In this document: piece after piece, positions 49,767-58,974 of the stretch
Position numbering within the stretch: the first letter of the stretch is position 1
How the letters are laid out: each line of letters begins with the position of its first letter
Assembly (NCBI GenBank): GCA_027022365.1
Contig: JALVYU010000011.1
Location: 32,001-96,000, forward strand
Reading direction: 5' to 3'
DNA: 64,000 nt
Origin: Desulfurococcales archaeon
GTDB lineage: Archaea > Thermoproteota > Thermoprotei_A > Sulfolobales > Desulfurococcaceae
Notes under the pieces: model-generated
Databases searched by the model: none
What the model saw: only the letters and a program-made list of their open reading frames with translations
Told to the model about the DNA's origin: nothing
Translations under genes and position numbers: made by a program

Positions 49767-51182
49767 TTATATCTCGATCACTCTATTAATGATGTTTCTG
49801 AACAAGTTTATCTCACGGAGGGTGTGGGCTTCCCTATTAACTATGTATAGCGATAATAGATCTGGGTATTTCGAGACGAGATTTCTGAGGAACGTATACG
49901 TGTTGATATCGCCTATCAAGAACTCTATATCGGTTATCGTATCTATGATCAAAACTGGTAGCTCGTTCTTACCCACAAGGCTTAGAGCCCACCTTATGGC
50001 GTAGAGGAGGTGTACCGGGGAAGGCGGTGATTCAAATCTATTATCCTCTCTCGAAACCGTGGACTTGCCGGGGATAACATCTATGCGCGTTATCCTGCTC
50101 TTAGGAAACCTTAATGCCAATGTATCCGCTATTAGTGAGCCAGGCCTTGTAGCCAATATAAAGTTTATGTTCTCTCTTCTGGGCAGTATCAGGGAGAGGA
50201 AGAACGCTATCCTCTCGTAGGTTTCAATGGGTTTATTGAAGTCGGTCTCTACTAGTATATGGTTAATGTTTTTGATCTCCCCTATATTAAAGTGGAGTAT
50301 TTGGAGTAGGTTGATGCATATTATCATCAGTATTGACACTATTATGCTTGAACCTATGCCCATGTAATATATATTGCCTATTAATAAATATGATAAGCCT
50401 CCTGTGGGCAGAAATAATTCTGTGAAAATCATTTCATTAAATATAATATTCATAAATATTGTTAAAACTGAAAGATCCGCCAAGTCTATCAAAGTATAGA
50501 GGCTTTCCAAGTACACAAATCTCGTAAGAAGATATGCATCCAATATTAGACCCGAGAGCGATGCAGCTATTATCGACATAATTGCTGGATTTTGCAGACT
50601 CGGTACTACTGCTCCTCGAGAAACTATTGTATATGCGAGGATCAGGTTGATGATTACGAAGAATGCTAAGCCCATAGCACTAAAAATCCTGTTCCTGATG
50701 CTGAGAGGCCTGATCTCGCTTATAAAAGACGTCATAACGTATACGAAGTACATGAAAACAAAGAATGCTAGGTTGTAGACATAGTTATTTGTCGTAAGTA
50801 TTGGTTCTGGAGATACTAATATACCTGTTGTCTCTCCCATCGCCAGTATCAGGGCTAAGGCCAAGGCGAAAGACGATAAAGCAAGAGAGCGGAATATCGA
50901 TGGGGCTATCTTATATATTTCTCTCCTCACAAGAAGAAATAAGATCATAAACACGAAGATTAGGAGAGCATCAATAATCGCGGACAAGTATTTCGGGTAT
51001 GGAGGATAAGGGTTTGTTCCGCGGACAACATGTATGCCTGTAAGATACTGTTCTAGCACAAACAAATAGGGCGACAAAGAAATAAAGAAAGCAAGGAGAG
51101 AAACGGGCAGGAGCCATTCAAATTTCTTCTCAGCTAGCGAAACATAACCGATTACTGACCCTTGTTCGTCTCCATCCAACAT
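49767..51182 (-). CDS. Membrane protein with DUF835-like C-terminal domain
   Basis: About 8 TM segments, then an alpha/beta domain (LIIDTITD...YTFL). Confidence 0.65.
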   Translation of the reverse strand: MLDGDEQGSVIGYVSLAEKKFEWLLPVSLLAFFISLSPYLFVLEQYLTGIHVVRGTNPYPPYPKYLSAIIDALLIFVFMILFLLVRREIYKIAPSIFRSLALSSFALALALILAMGETTGILVSPEPILTTNNYVYNLAFFVFMYFVYVMTSFISEIRPLSIRNRIFSAMGLAFFVIINLILAYTIVSRGAVVPSLQNPAIMSIIAASLSGLILDAYLLTRFVYLESLYTLIDLADLSVLTIFMNIIFNEMIFTELFLPTGGLSYLLIGNIYYMGIGSSIIVSILMIICINLLQILHFNIGEIKNINHILVETDFNKPIETYERIAFFLSLILPRRENINFILATRPGSLIADTLALRFPKSRITRIDVIPGKSTVSREDNRFESPPSPVHLLYAIRWALSLVGKNELPVLIIDTITDIEFLIGDINTYTFLRNLVSKYPDLLSLYIVNREAHTLREINLFRNIINRVIEI

Positions 51183-51296
51183 TTTTTCCTCCGCTTGTTT
51201 GTCAATAGTTTTTCGATGACCAATACATCGGCTTATTTACATGATTATTTAATCCAGTCTAACCGATATTAACTATGTCATTAGATTCTCGAGGAG

Positions 51297-51704
51297 GTGT
51301 TAAGGACTATGAGGTTACCGGAGATAGGTGAGGTCAATGAAAAAGAATACATTGTTAAAGAAGAGGATTCGCCCGAGTTTCTTGCTAGACAAGGCCTGGG
51401 CGTCCTAAGCACTCCGAGAATGATAGCGTTGATGGAGATAGTTTCGAAGGAGCTACTGGATCGCATCATCGGTGATGAGTATACCAGTGTTGGAATACAT
51501 GTTGATGTCTATCACAAGAACCCTGCCCCCGTTGGAGCTAGGCTCCGCTTTATATCTAGAGTAGTGGATGTTCGGGGTAGGAAAATAGTATTCGAAGTAA
51601 AGTGCTTAATGGGCGACAAGATAATAGGTGAGGGCAGGCACGAGCGCTTCATTATTGAGTGGGGAAAGCTCAAGGAGAAGATCGAGGCTATGAGAAGAGG
51701 ATGA
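51297..51704 (+). CDS. FlK-like hotdog thioesterase
   Basis: VLSTPRMIALME, SVG, H..PAPVG, GRHERFI. Confidence 0.88.
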   Translation: MLRTMRLPEIGEVNEKEYIVKEEDSPEFLARQGLGVLSTPRMIALMEIVSKELLDRIIGDEYTSVGIHVDVYHKNPAPVGARLRFISRVVDVRGRKIVFEVKCLMGDKIIGEGRHERFIIEWGKLKEKIEAMRRG

Positions 51705-51772
51705 GTCCTTTTTTGTAGTATATATTCTATATCACGAATTATTCATACAAGTAGGGTTACCTATTTTAGGGT

Positions 51773-51792
51773 TGTTCGGAATATTCTGAACA
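51773..51792. promoter_or_regulatory. Palindromic operator candidate
   Basis: TGTTCGGAAT|ATTCTGAACA (one mismatch), about 30 bp upstream of a wHTH regulator. Confidence 0.6.
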
Positions 51793-51820
51793 GGGTGAAC
51801 AACTTCTAGGAAGTGAGAAC

Positions 51821-52201
51821 ATGAGGAGCCTAGTAGCCCTCCTAACATTTATAGGTATACCGGTTGCCGCCGCCTCTGTAATCACTACGTTATTACATGA
51901 GTCTAGGCCCCTCACGCTCCGGGATTTGTCTGAGAGAACAGGATATGCTAAGAGTCATCTTTCAACGCATTTGAAGCATTTGGTTAATGCGGGTCTCGTG
52001 GAGATCCATCATGAGAAAGGGAAGATCAGGTACAGTGTTAGGAAAAAGGCGGTTGTTCAGTTGCTGCAACAGCATCTTCATAAGCTCCATATCTATATCC
52101 GCCAGGTCTCCAGCGAGATAAACGATCACGATCTCAAGAGGGAGCTCGACGAGATCGCTCACAGTATTTCACAGTTGTTTTCACGGGGTGAGAAGCAGTG
52201 A
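51821..52201 (+). CDS. wHTH transcription regulator (GbsR/TrmB/ArsR-like)
   Basis: PLTLRDLSERTGYAKSHLSTHLKHL...GLV. Confidence 0.85.
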   Translation: MRSLVALLTFIGIPVAAASVITTLLHESRPLTLRDLSERTGYAKSHLSTHLKHLVNAGLVEIHHEKGKIRYSVRKKAVVQLLQQHLHKLHIYIRQVSSEINDHDLKRELDEIAHSISQLFSRGEKQ

Positions 52202-52575
52202 AGAGCCTGCGTGTACTTGAAGAAAACAATACATGCATTATCCTCGGCTTTAACGGGAAGGGCTCAGATGTTGCTCTAGTAGCCTATAACGAGTTGGCGA
52301 GGATCTCAGCGAGAACCAGGTGCCGTAGGTTCACGTTCTTCATAGTTACGAATAAGCCTTCGCCATACTATATCGAGGACTTGAGATATGTTTTGCAGAA
52401 CAATATAGCGTACACGATTGTTATGAGATACGTAGGTCTCGACATGGAGAAACTATCTCGGCTTATTGATGAGATCAGGAGCTCCGGTAAGCCCTTGATC
52501 GGCGTAGTCGAATCCGATATGGAGGAAATATCCCGTCTCCTCGAGGAGAAAGGAGTCCAGGTTATAAGGGTCTAG
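52198..52575 (+). CDS. Hypothetical protein
   Basis: GTGA overlap with the regulator, GGGGTGA SD. Confidence 0.75.
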   Translation: MKSLRVLEENNTCIILGFNGKGSDVALVAYNELARISARTRCRRFTFFIVTNKPSPYYIEDLRYVLQNNIAYTIVMRYVGLDMEKLSRLIDEIRSSGKPLIGVVESDMEEISRLLEEKGVQVIRV

Positions 52576-52586
52576 GGGGTGAGACC

Positions 52587-54107
52587 ATGGGCAAGTACGA
52601 GGTCGTCCTAACCGTTGATAGGTCCATGATGAGCAATCATCATGGGAAGGAATTCCTCGGCTTCATGGCTACCGGGCCGGCAATGGGCATACCCGAGAAG
52701 CTATGGCAGTGGCTCGCCGCCCCGAAGATCAAGGTTGACTCGGAGGGCAGACCGGTACAAGCACCCTATGGTATGAGGAAGGTCGAGGCGGTACTGATAG
52801 ACGCCGGGTTCAAGGCCGCGATAATAGACCCTGATCATCTACACAAGCACCTTGACACCATGAAGGTCATGATGGTGGGTCACCACGACTACTTCGCATA
52901 CGGGCCGCCTAGTAGCGAGTTCTGGAGCATGACGGGTAAGGAGCCGCTTAACAGGAGGCTATTCATAAAGTTCATGAACAGCCCGGTCGTAAGGAAGGCC
53001 AAGGAGAAGGGAGTAAGATTCATAATGGGTGGTCCGGCGGCCTGGCAGTGGCTATGGGAGCTCGAGCTGTGGAAGAAGTGGGGTGTCGACACCGTCATTG
53101 AGGGGGAGGTGGAGCGGGTAATAGTTGATCTGGTTCAGAAGGCTCTCGACGGGGAGGAGCTCCCGGACTACGTGTACGTGGGCCCCGGCGACTCTCCGAG
53201 CATTGAAGAAATACCTGTTATCAAGGCAGCGAGCGTGAACGGCTTAGTAGAGATTATGAGGGGTTGTCCTAGGGGCTGCAAGTTCTGTAGTGTAACGCTC
53301 AGACCGCTACGCTTTATCCCTCTAGAGAAGATCAGGGAGGAGATAAGGGTCAATAAGAAGGCCGGGATAAAAGGAGTCATACTACATAGTGAAGACGTCC
53401 TACTGTATGGTGCAGACGGTGTTAGGCCGCGTCCAGAGCCATTGTTGAAGCTACATAAAATGGTCGCCGAGGAAGTCGGGCCGAAGGGCGATATCGCGTG
53501 GGCGCACGCCAGCCTTGCCGCTATCAAGTATGCGGAGGAGGAGTACGGCCTGGTGTCCAAGCTCATGCACGAGTACATTCTCAACGAGCACAGGAACCTG
53601 CTCGGCCTAGAGGTAGGCATTGAGACGGGTAGCCCGAGGCTAGCCAAGATCATAATGCCCGCGAAGAGCCTACCCTACAAGCCGGAGGAGTGGCCCGACG
53701 TGGTGGAGGATGCGTTCAGGATAATGCATGAGAACTACATGATACCGGCCGCTACACTAATCCTAGGCCTCCCCGAGGAGAAGCCCGAAGACGTTGTCAA
53801 GACCCTTGAGCTGCTTGACAGGCTCAGGCCGTATAGGAGCGTGATTGTGCCGATGTTCTTCGTGCCTATGGGTGCGTTGAAGAAGAACATGTGGTTCATG
53901 AGGGAGCACTTGAAGCCCGAACATATTGATGTCCTCGTGAAGTGCTTGGAGCACTCGATCTACTGGGCCGAGGAGATCATCAATAGGTTCTACCTCAAGG
54001 AGCCCTACCTTGCCCCGGTGAGGCTGGGCATAAAGCTCTTCCTAAGATTCGCTAAACGTGGGCTGAAGTCGCTGAAGCCAACTCTTGAGGCAATGATAAG
54101 GAAGTAG
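52587..54107 (+). CDS. B12-binding-like domain radical SAM protein
   Basis: APYGMRKVEA, EIMRGCPRGCKFC, GIETGS. Confidence 0.9.
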   Translation: MGKYEVVLTVDRSMMSNHHGKEFLGFMATGPAMGIPEKLWQWLAAPKIKVDSEGRPVQAPYGMRKVEAVLIDAGFKAAIIDPDHLHKHLDTMKVMMVGHHDYFAYGPPSSEFWSMTGKEPLNRRLFIKFMNSPVVRKAKEKGVRFIMGGPAAWQWLWELELWKKWGVDTVIEGEVERVIVDLVQKALDGEELPDYVYVGPGDSPSIEEIPVIKAASVNGLVEIMRGCPRGCKFCSVTLRPLRFIPLEKIREEIRVNKKAGIKGVILHSEDVLLYGADGVRPRPEPLLKLHKMVAEEVGPKGDIAWAHASLAAIKYAEEEYGLVSKLMHEYILNEHRNLLGLEVGIETGSPRLAKIIMPAKSLPYKPEEWPDVVEDAFRIMHENYMIPAATLILGLPEEKPEDVVKTLELLDRLRPYRSVIVPMFFVPMGALKKNMWFMREHLKPEHIDVLVKCLEHSIYWAEEIINRFYLKEPYLAPVRLGIKLFLRFAKRGLKSLKPTLEAMIRK

Positions 54108-54180
54108 GGCTTATCCCGGGGAAAACAATATTTTTTCCATAACCCCTATTCTCCATTTAATTAACAAGAAGTATTACTGC

Positions 54181-55692
54181 TTGGGTGGGATTATGAGGTC
54201 ATTTTACATCACGACGCCGATATATTATCCCAATGCTCCACCACATATAGGGCATGCTTACACGACGGTTTTCGCCGACACCATTGCACGTTACCACCGC
54301 CTCGTAGGCGATGACGTCTTCTTCATGACGGGGACCGATGAGCATGGCCTCAAGCTTCAGAGGGCCGCGGAGGAGATGGGCATTAGTCCTAAGGAGCTCG
54401 TCGATAAAATGGCGGAAAAATACAAGTGGTACTGGAGCCTACTCGATATAAGCTATGATCACTTCATACGCACGACCCATGATTATCATGAACGCGTCGT
54501 GAAATACGCTATGAACAAGCTGTACCAGGAAGGCCTCATTTACAGGGCAAGCTATGCTGGCTGGTACTGTGTCAACTGTGAGAAATTCTATAGCACTGGC
54601 GAATACATAGAGATCGACGGTAAGCCCTACTGCCCAATACACCGTAAGCCCCTAGAGTGGCTGGAGGAGGAGACCTACTACTTCAAGCTCAGCGAGTTCG
54701 AGGACTTCATGAAGGACGTGCTCAGGAACAGGCATGTGGTCTATCCTGAGAGCTACGCCCAGGAGATTCTCGGCAAAATAGAGAAGGAGGGCCTCCGCGA
54801 CGTAAGTATTGCTAGGCCTAAGGAGCGTGTATGGTGGGGGATAGAGGTCCCGTTCGATCCAAACTACACGGTCTACGTTTGGTTCGATGCCCTCCTGAAC
54901 TATCTGAGCGGAATAGGGTTCCCCGAAGACATGGAGCGCTTCAACAAGTACTGGCCGGAGGTACACCATGTTATAGGCAAAGACATACTATGGTTCCACA
55001 CCGCCATATGGTTCTCAGTACTAAAAGCTCTAGAAGTCCCCCTGCCAAAGAAGCTCCTTGTCCACGCATTCCTCATAAACCGTGGCCTCAAGATCGGTAA
55101 GAGCGCCGGGAACGTGATAGCGATCGAGGACCTGCTAAGCAGGTATAACGACAGCAATGGCGTCAGATACATACTGATGAGGCTGTTCAACATGGCGAAA
55201 GACATAGAGGTGACCACGGAGCTCTTTGACTCAATATACAATAGCGAACTAGCCGACACCTACGGCAACCTCGTGAGACGCGTAGGCGTGCTAGTCAAGA
55301 AAAAGCTCGGGGGAACCGTGGAGGCGGGAGAAATCGATGGAGAACTCGAGAAAACACTGAAAGAAACCCTTGAAAACTACCGGGAGGCAATGGACAACTA
55401 CGATGTATCGAGAGCACTTACAACAGTAATGGATCTCCTACGCCGGGCAAACGCTTACATAAACGAGAGACGCCCATGGGAAAAACAAGACCCGACAAAA
55501 GAACTCTACACCCTACTAGAAACAATAAAATACTCAACAATAATGCTCTACCCCGCCATACCCAGAGCAGCGGAGAAAACAGCAGAAGCACTAGGCTTCA
55601 AGATAACAGACCCGTACCAAGAACCACCGACAACACAGAACAAATACGTGGTAAGACAAGCCCCGATACTCTTCAAGAAAATAAAAACCTAA
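54181..55692 (+). CDS. metG: Methionyl-tRNA synthetase (short, single-knuckle type)
   Basis: TTPIYYPNAPPHIGH, TGTDEHG, YVWFDAL, GKDI, KIGKS. Confidence 0.95.
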   Translation: MGGIMRSFYITTPIYYPNAPPHIGHAYTTVFADTIARYHRLVGDDVFFMTGTDEHGLKLQRAAEEMGISPKELVDKMAEKYKWYWSLLDISYDHFIRTTHDYHERVVKYAMNKLYQEGLIYRASYAGWYCVNCEKFYSTGEYIEIDGKPYCPIHRKPLEWLEEETYYFKLSEFEDFMKDVLRNRHVVYPESYAQEILGKIEKEGLRDVSIARPKERVWWGIEVPFDPNYTVYVWFDALLNYLSGIGFPEDMERFNKYWPEVHHVIGKDILWFHTAIWFSVLKALEVPLPKKLLVHAFLINRGLKIGKSAGNVIAIEDLLSRYNDSNGVRYILMRLFNMAKDIEVTTELFDSIYNSELADTYGNLVRRVGVLVKKKLGGTVEAGEIDGELEKTLKETLENYREAMDNYDVSRALTTVMDLLRRANAYINERRPWEKQDPTKELYTLLETIKYSTIMLYPAIPRAAEKTAEALGFKITDPYQEPPTTQNKYVVRQAPILFKKIKT

Positions 55693-55730
55693 ACAAAATA
55701 TTTCCTTCCGAATTAAACCATATCTTAGAA

Positions 55731-55808
55731 GGGCCCGTAGCCTAGCCTGGATAGGGCGCCGGCCTCCGGAGCCGGATGTCCCGGGTTCAAATCCCGGCGG
55801 GCCCGCCA
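55731..55808 (+). tRNA. tRNA-Arg(CCG) with encoded CCA
   Basis: GGGCCCG/CGGGCCC acceptor stem, CCGGC-CT-CCG-GA-GCCGG anticodon arm, CCGGG-TTCAAAT-CCCGG T arm. Confidence 0.97.
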
Positions 55809-56009
55809 CTGATCTCAGACTTTTTCATAATTTTGTTTAATCTTGAAGAAAACTTCAATGTTAAGATGCATGACCTAAATTTCTAGGGTTTTTCTTGCTT
55901 CTACTAGGTAGTATGGCCAGAAAGCAAGCCACTTATTGAGGAGAATCTCTAATTCAACGCGCAGATAACTACTGTACTTCCTAATCTCATTTACTGGTGG
56001 TAGATAGCG

Positions 56010-56246
56010 TTAGAGTGCATTTTGCTTCAACAGTTTCTGTCCCTTCTTAGTATTGCGGAGCTTGGGGTCTAAGCCTTCATCAACTATAACTATCTTTGCG
56101 CCAGTAGTATAGAGTAGCTCATTGTATACTATCATGGGAATCGCCATACCTTCAACAATTGCTTCCATGATAACCTTCTCTGAGGCGCTTGTTAGCTCGG
56201 TCTCGAAGAGGAAGCTATAGATGATGTTCGTGTCAAGACATATCAT
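56010..56246 (-). pseudogene. vapC: Truncated VapC/PIN toxin
   Basis: MICLDTNIIY...IVYNELLY, then non-PIN sequence; only 78 aa. Confidence 0.75.
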
Positions 56247-56452
56247 TGAACCTGAGCCTCTTCTTCGAGCTCCTGGAACTCCTCGATAGAGGATTTCCCG
56301 AGAATGCCTCTGTACTTTTTGATTAGCTCGTCTATATCCCTTTCCACTATAACCTTATACTCCTTGCCCTCCTCAAGGTCTATACTGCCCAAAGGCCTCA
56401 GCACACCCTTCTCGTACCTCACACGTATAACTTTATACAACTCCATCCCCAT
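56243..56452 (-). CDS. DUF104/AF2212-like antitoxin
   Basis: IRVRYEKGVLRPL...L.EG; ATGA overlap with vapC. Confidence 0.88.
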   Translation of the reverse strand: MGMELYKVIRVRYEKGVLRPLGSIDLEEGKEYKVIVERDIDELIKKYRGILGKSSIEEFQELEEEAQVQ

Positions 56453-56598
56453 TCATACACTAGATACATTGGGCCAATTAGCCTTTTCCTGTATGGGTGT
56501 TTTCCAGATTATCCTCTCTGACATTCAATATGGATAATCTTTTGTGGAGGGTGTTTCCATTTCATGATTTCATCCGGAAACATTGTTCTTATATCCCA

Positions 56599-56645
56599 GG
56601 CCTTCGGAGCCGGATGTCCCGGGTCCCGAATCCCGGCGGCCCGAC
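56599..56645 (+). repeat. att-like copy 1 of the tRNA-Arg 3' half
   Basis: ggccttcggagccggatgtcccgggtcccgaatcccggcggcccg versus tRNA 55761-55805. Confidence 0.9.
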
Positions 56646-56776
56646 ACTAAGTTTTAGTGTGTTAGTAAACATTATTCATTATAGTCTTCAGTGTATGCTT
56701 TAGGACAGTAGATGACAAAAGATATGTGATGTAGGAATGTTGATAAGATTCTATCTAATACTATGTAGGATGAGGG

Positions 56777-57001
56777 GTGCTGGTATTGTCTGAGGTAGTT
56801 GTTAAGGTGCCTAGGGGTGTTGATGCTGAGAAGGTTAAGCGTAGGATCGAGGCTATTCTTGACCTTGTGATTAGCGATGAGTTTGACAAATTCATGGAGT
56901 ACTTAGAAGAATACGCTCTCCTACGTCTTCAAGAAGAAAGTCTTCGGGAATTTCTAGAGGATGAGCCGGATGTCTACACCGAGGACGACATTAAAAGGTA
57001 A
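56777..57001 (+). CDS. Putative antitoxin of the MazF-type toxin
   Basis: Acidic C-terminus ESLREFLEDEPDVYTEDD; overlaps the toxin start. Confidence 0.75.
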   Translation: MLVLSEVVVKVPRGVDAEKVKRRIEAILDLVISDEFDKFMEYLEEYALLRLQEESLREFLEDEPDVYTEDDIKR

Positions 57002-57341
57002 GATAGTGCTCATCTATTCCCCCTTCACCGACCTAACGGGTAGAAAGCTCCGGCCAGCACTAGTACTCTATGATAGTGGTAAAGATGTCGTTGTTGCATT
57101 CATATCCTCAAAGATAGAGAAATACGAGCCTGAGACCGATATCCTGATAAGTAAATCACATCCGGAGTTTCATCTCACCGGGCTTAAAACAGACTCAGTA
57201 TTGAAACTCTCAAAAATAGCCACCCTATATAAGAGACTAATAGCAGGAGAATTAGGCACCATAGGTGAGCAACTAAGAAATGAGATAAACCAGAAAATAA
57301 TAAAAATAAATATTATTAGTATAAACTCAGAGAAGACCTAG
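56961..57341 (+). CDS. PemK/MazF family toxin
   Basis: GKIVLIYSPFTDLTGRKLRPALVL, ISS, TGLKTDS. Confidence 0.9.
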   Translation: MSRMSTPRTTLKGKIVLIYSPFTDLTGRKLRPALVLYDSGKDVVVAFISSKIEKYEPETDILISKSHPEFHLTGLKTDSVLKLSKIATLYKRLIAGELGTIGEQLRNEINQKIIKINIISINSEKT

Positions 57342-57480
57342 CATTATCAATAAAATTATTGCACGCTTTAAAACACTTATATCTAGTAAAACTTCAATAT
57401 TACCCAGCGCCTCCTAAATCTTTATGAAGATGTGTTTAATACTAGCCCATTCATACCTGAGTATAAAATGTAACTATTTA

Positions 57481-57573
57481 CCCAGGTCATAATTAATTCT
57501 TGGACGTTTCCTTATAGGATCTGGTCTTTGGAGCCAATGAACCTCGGATCCATAATCCCGGCGGGCCCGCCAC
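57481..57573 (+). repeat. att-like copy 2 plus conserved left flank
   Basis: 20-nt exact match (57554-57573) to 55790-55809; GGACGTTTCCTTATA at 57502 is shared with copy 3. Confidence 0.88.
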
Positions 57574-57624
57574 AATGTATTTCTATTATTGTTTGTTTCA
57601 GGATGGGATACGGATAAGTAGTTT

Positions 57625-57999
57625 TTAAGAAAAGTGTTTACGGAGAAGCTGCCTAACAGTATCTAAGAATTTTTCTAGCGATGGGTCTTGTAGGGGATAT
57701 GCTTCTCCCCTTAGGTGTCTGTGGTGTGGATGGGTTTGGATTTCTGGGTGATGTGGCCGATTATCCCACCATTCCTCATAGTCATAAGCTCTCAGGTAGT
57801 AACCATAGGCTACGAGATTATTTCCTTGCCAGTACTCACGTATCACCACTACCGCGTTAGCGTGAGGGATGCTTATCCTTACGTTTAAGTACTCTATGTC
57901 TTCTTCATCCATGACATAATGCTCAATAACTCTGACTACAGGATCGTGCTTGCCCAGAAGCTTATTGATCAAGTTGAATATGTAGCGTAGCCTTGTCAA
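57625..57999 (-). CDS. DUF6516/TumE-like toxin
   Basis: YGYY...WDNRPHHPEIQTHPHHRH motif. Confidence 0.75.
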   Translation of the reverse strand: MTRLRYIFNLINKLLGKHDPVVRVIEHYVMDEEDIEYLNVRISIPHANAVVVIREYWQGNNLVAYGYYLRAYDYEEWWDNRPHHPEIQTHPHHRHLRGEAYPLQDPSLEKFLDTVRQLLRKHFS

Positions 58000-58005
58000 T
58001 CCTCT

Positions 58006-58266
58006 TTATCCCTTAAGCATTGCCAGTATACGCTTCTTCCTCTCCTCTAGCTCTCTAAGTCTTCTCTTCAAGTAGAGGTATTCTGGCCAGAGAAGGTCTA
58101 CCTCCGGGTTATCAATGCCTCTACTAGTGAGAAGTTTCTCTAGCTCCTTCCAGTCCCCAACGCCTAGTCTTGCAGCCATTCTCTGAAGCCTAGCCTCGAC
58201 TACTGCAGCCTCTCTATTAATCCTCCTCAGCATTACCTCTAAGCTCTCACGTACAATAGGCTCCAA
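58006..58266 (-). CDS. Putative antitoxin (helical, 86 aa)
   Basis: Immediately upstream of and co-oriented with the DUF6516-like gene. Confidence 0.7.
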   Translation of the reverse strand: MEPIVRESLEVMLRRINREAAVVEARLQRMAARLGVGDWKELEKLLTSRGIDNPEVDLLWPEYLYLKRRLRELEERKKRILAMLKG

Positions 58267-58504
58267 GATCCTACCCCACTACATAAACTATTAATAAATC
58301 TAGTAAAAATGTCGTTAGCTATACCCGTGATAAGGGTCACTGCTATTCCTACCCCTATTACCATCTGAGACTAAAACAACTTCAATCTAATTCCTACTAA
58401 TGTAATACATGCTCTCCCTAACTAAAATTTTTGAAAACCGTACTTTAAACAATATTTATTGCCCCATATACCAAATAATAGGTATGAATTCCTACCGTAA
58501 CTGC

Positions 58505-58594
58505 CCCAGATCCTTATCAGCCCTTGGGACGTTTCCTTATAAGTGTCGGCCCCGGAGCCGGAGATCCCGGGTCCAGAATCCCGGCGAGCCCACC
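58505..58594 (+). repeat. att-like copy 3 plus conserved left flank
   Basis: cggccccggagccggagatcccgggtccagaatcccggcgagcccacc; GGACGTTTCCTTATA at 58527. Confidence 0.88.
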
Positions 58595-58693
58595 CTTTTA
58601 TTCAATGAATTGTTTTGTTCTATGATAGAGAGACGTTGTGTTTGGGGAGAGGTTAAGAGGCCGGGAGGACGTAATGTGATTTGGTGAGGGATT

Positions 58694-58974
58694 ATGCCTT
58701 GTGTTTTGAAGCTCCCTCTTTCTAGGAACGCGGTGAAGAAATTGTTCGGTTCTTGGAGGGCGAGCATATCTAAAGGGTCTGGAGGACGTGCTTAGCCAGT
58801 ATTCTGAGAGGGTTGAGGAGGACATACTGGAGGATTTCCTAAGGGAGAGGAGGTAGCCCCGTGGGATCGAACCTGGTTGTCGACGTACTAGTCTTAATAT
58901 ATTCTTCTCTTCCACAAAAGAAGTTATATGATTACCCTGATTATATACGGTTGTATATGGTGGGTAACTCATAG
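58694..58974 (+). pseudogene. Decayed antitoxin plus PIN-toxin remnant
   Basis: Frameshifted ...VEEDILEDFLRERR* ending at 58856, then MGSNLVVDVLVL... 37 aa (58861-58974). Confidence 0.5.

Noticed and set aside
55591-55809. Minus-strand ORF MAGPPGFEPGTSGSGG...
   Set aside because: Antisense translation of the tRNA and the metG end. I found no intact int(N) frame leading into it.
56497-56703. Plus-strand ORF with RSRMSRVPNPGGP, and the similar ORF at 58409-58687
   Set aside because: The shared peptide is only the translated tRNA-like repeat; nothing else looks coding.
55849-58386. AACTTCAAT recurring near 55851, 57390 and 58378
   Set aside because: Short AT-rich word at inconsistent positions relative to the repeats; chance is not excluded. 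It is not a CRISPR repeat because there is no regular spacing.
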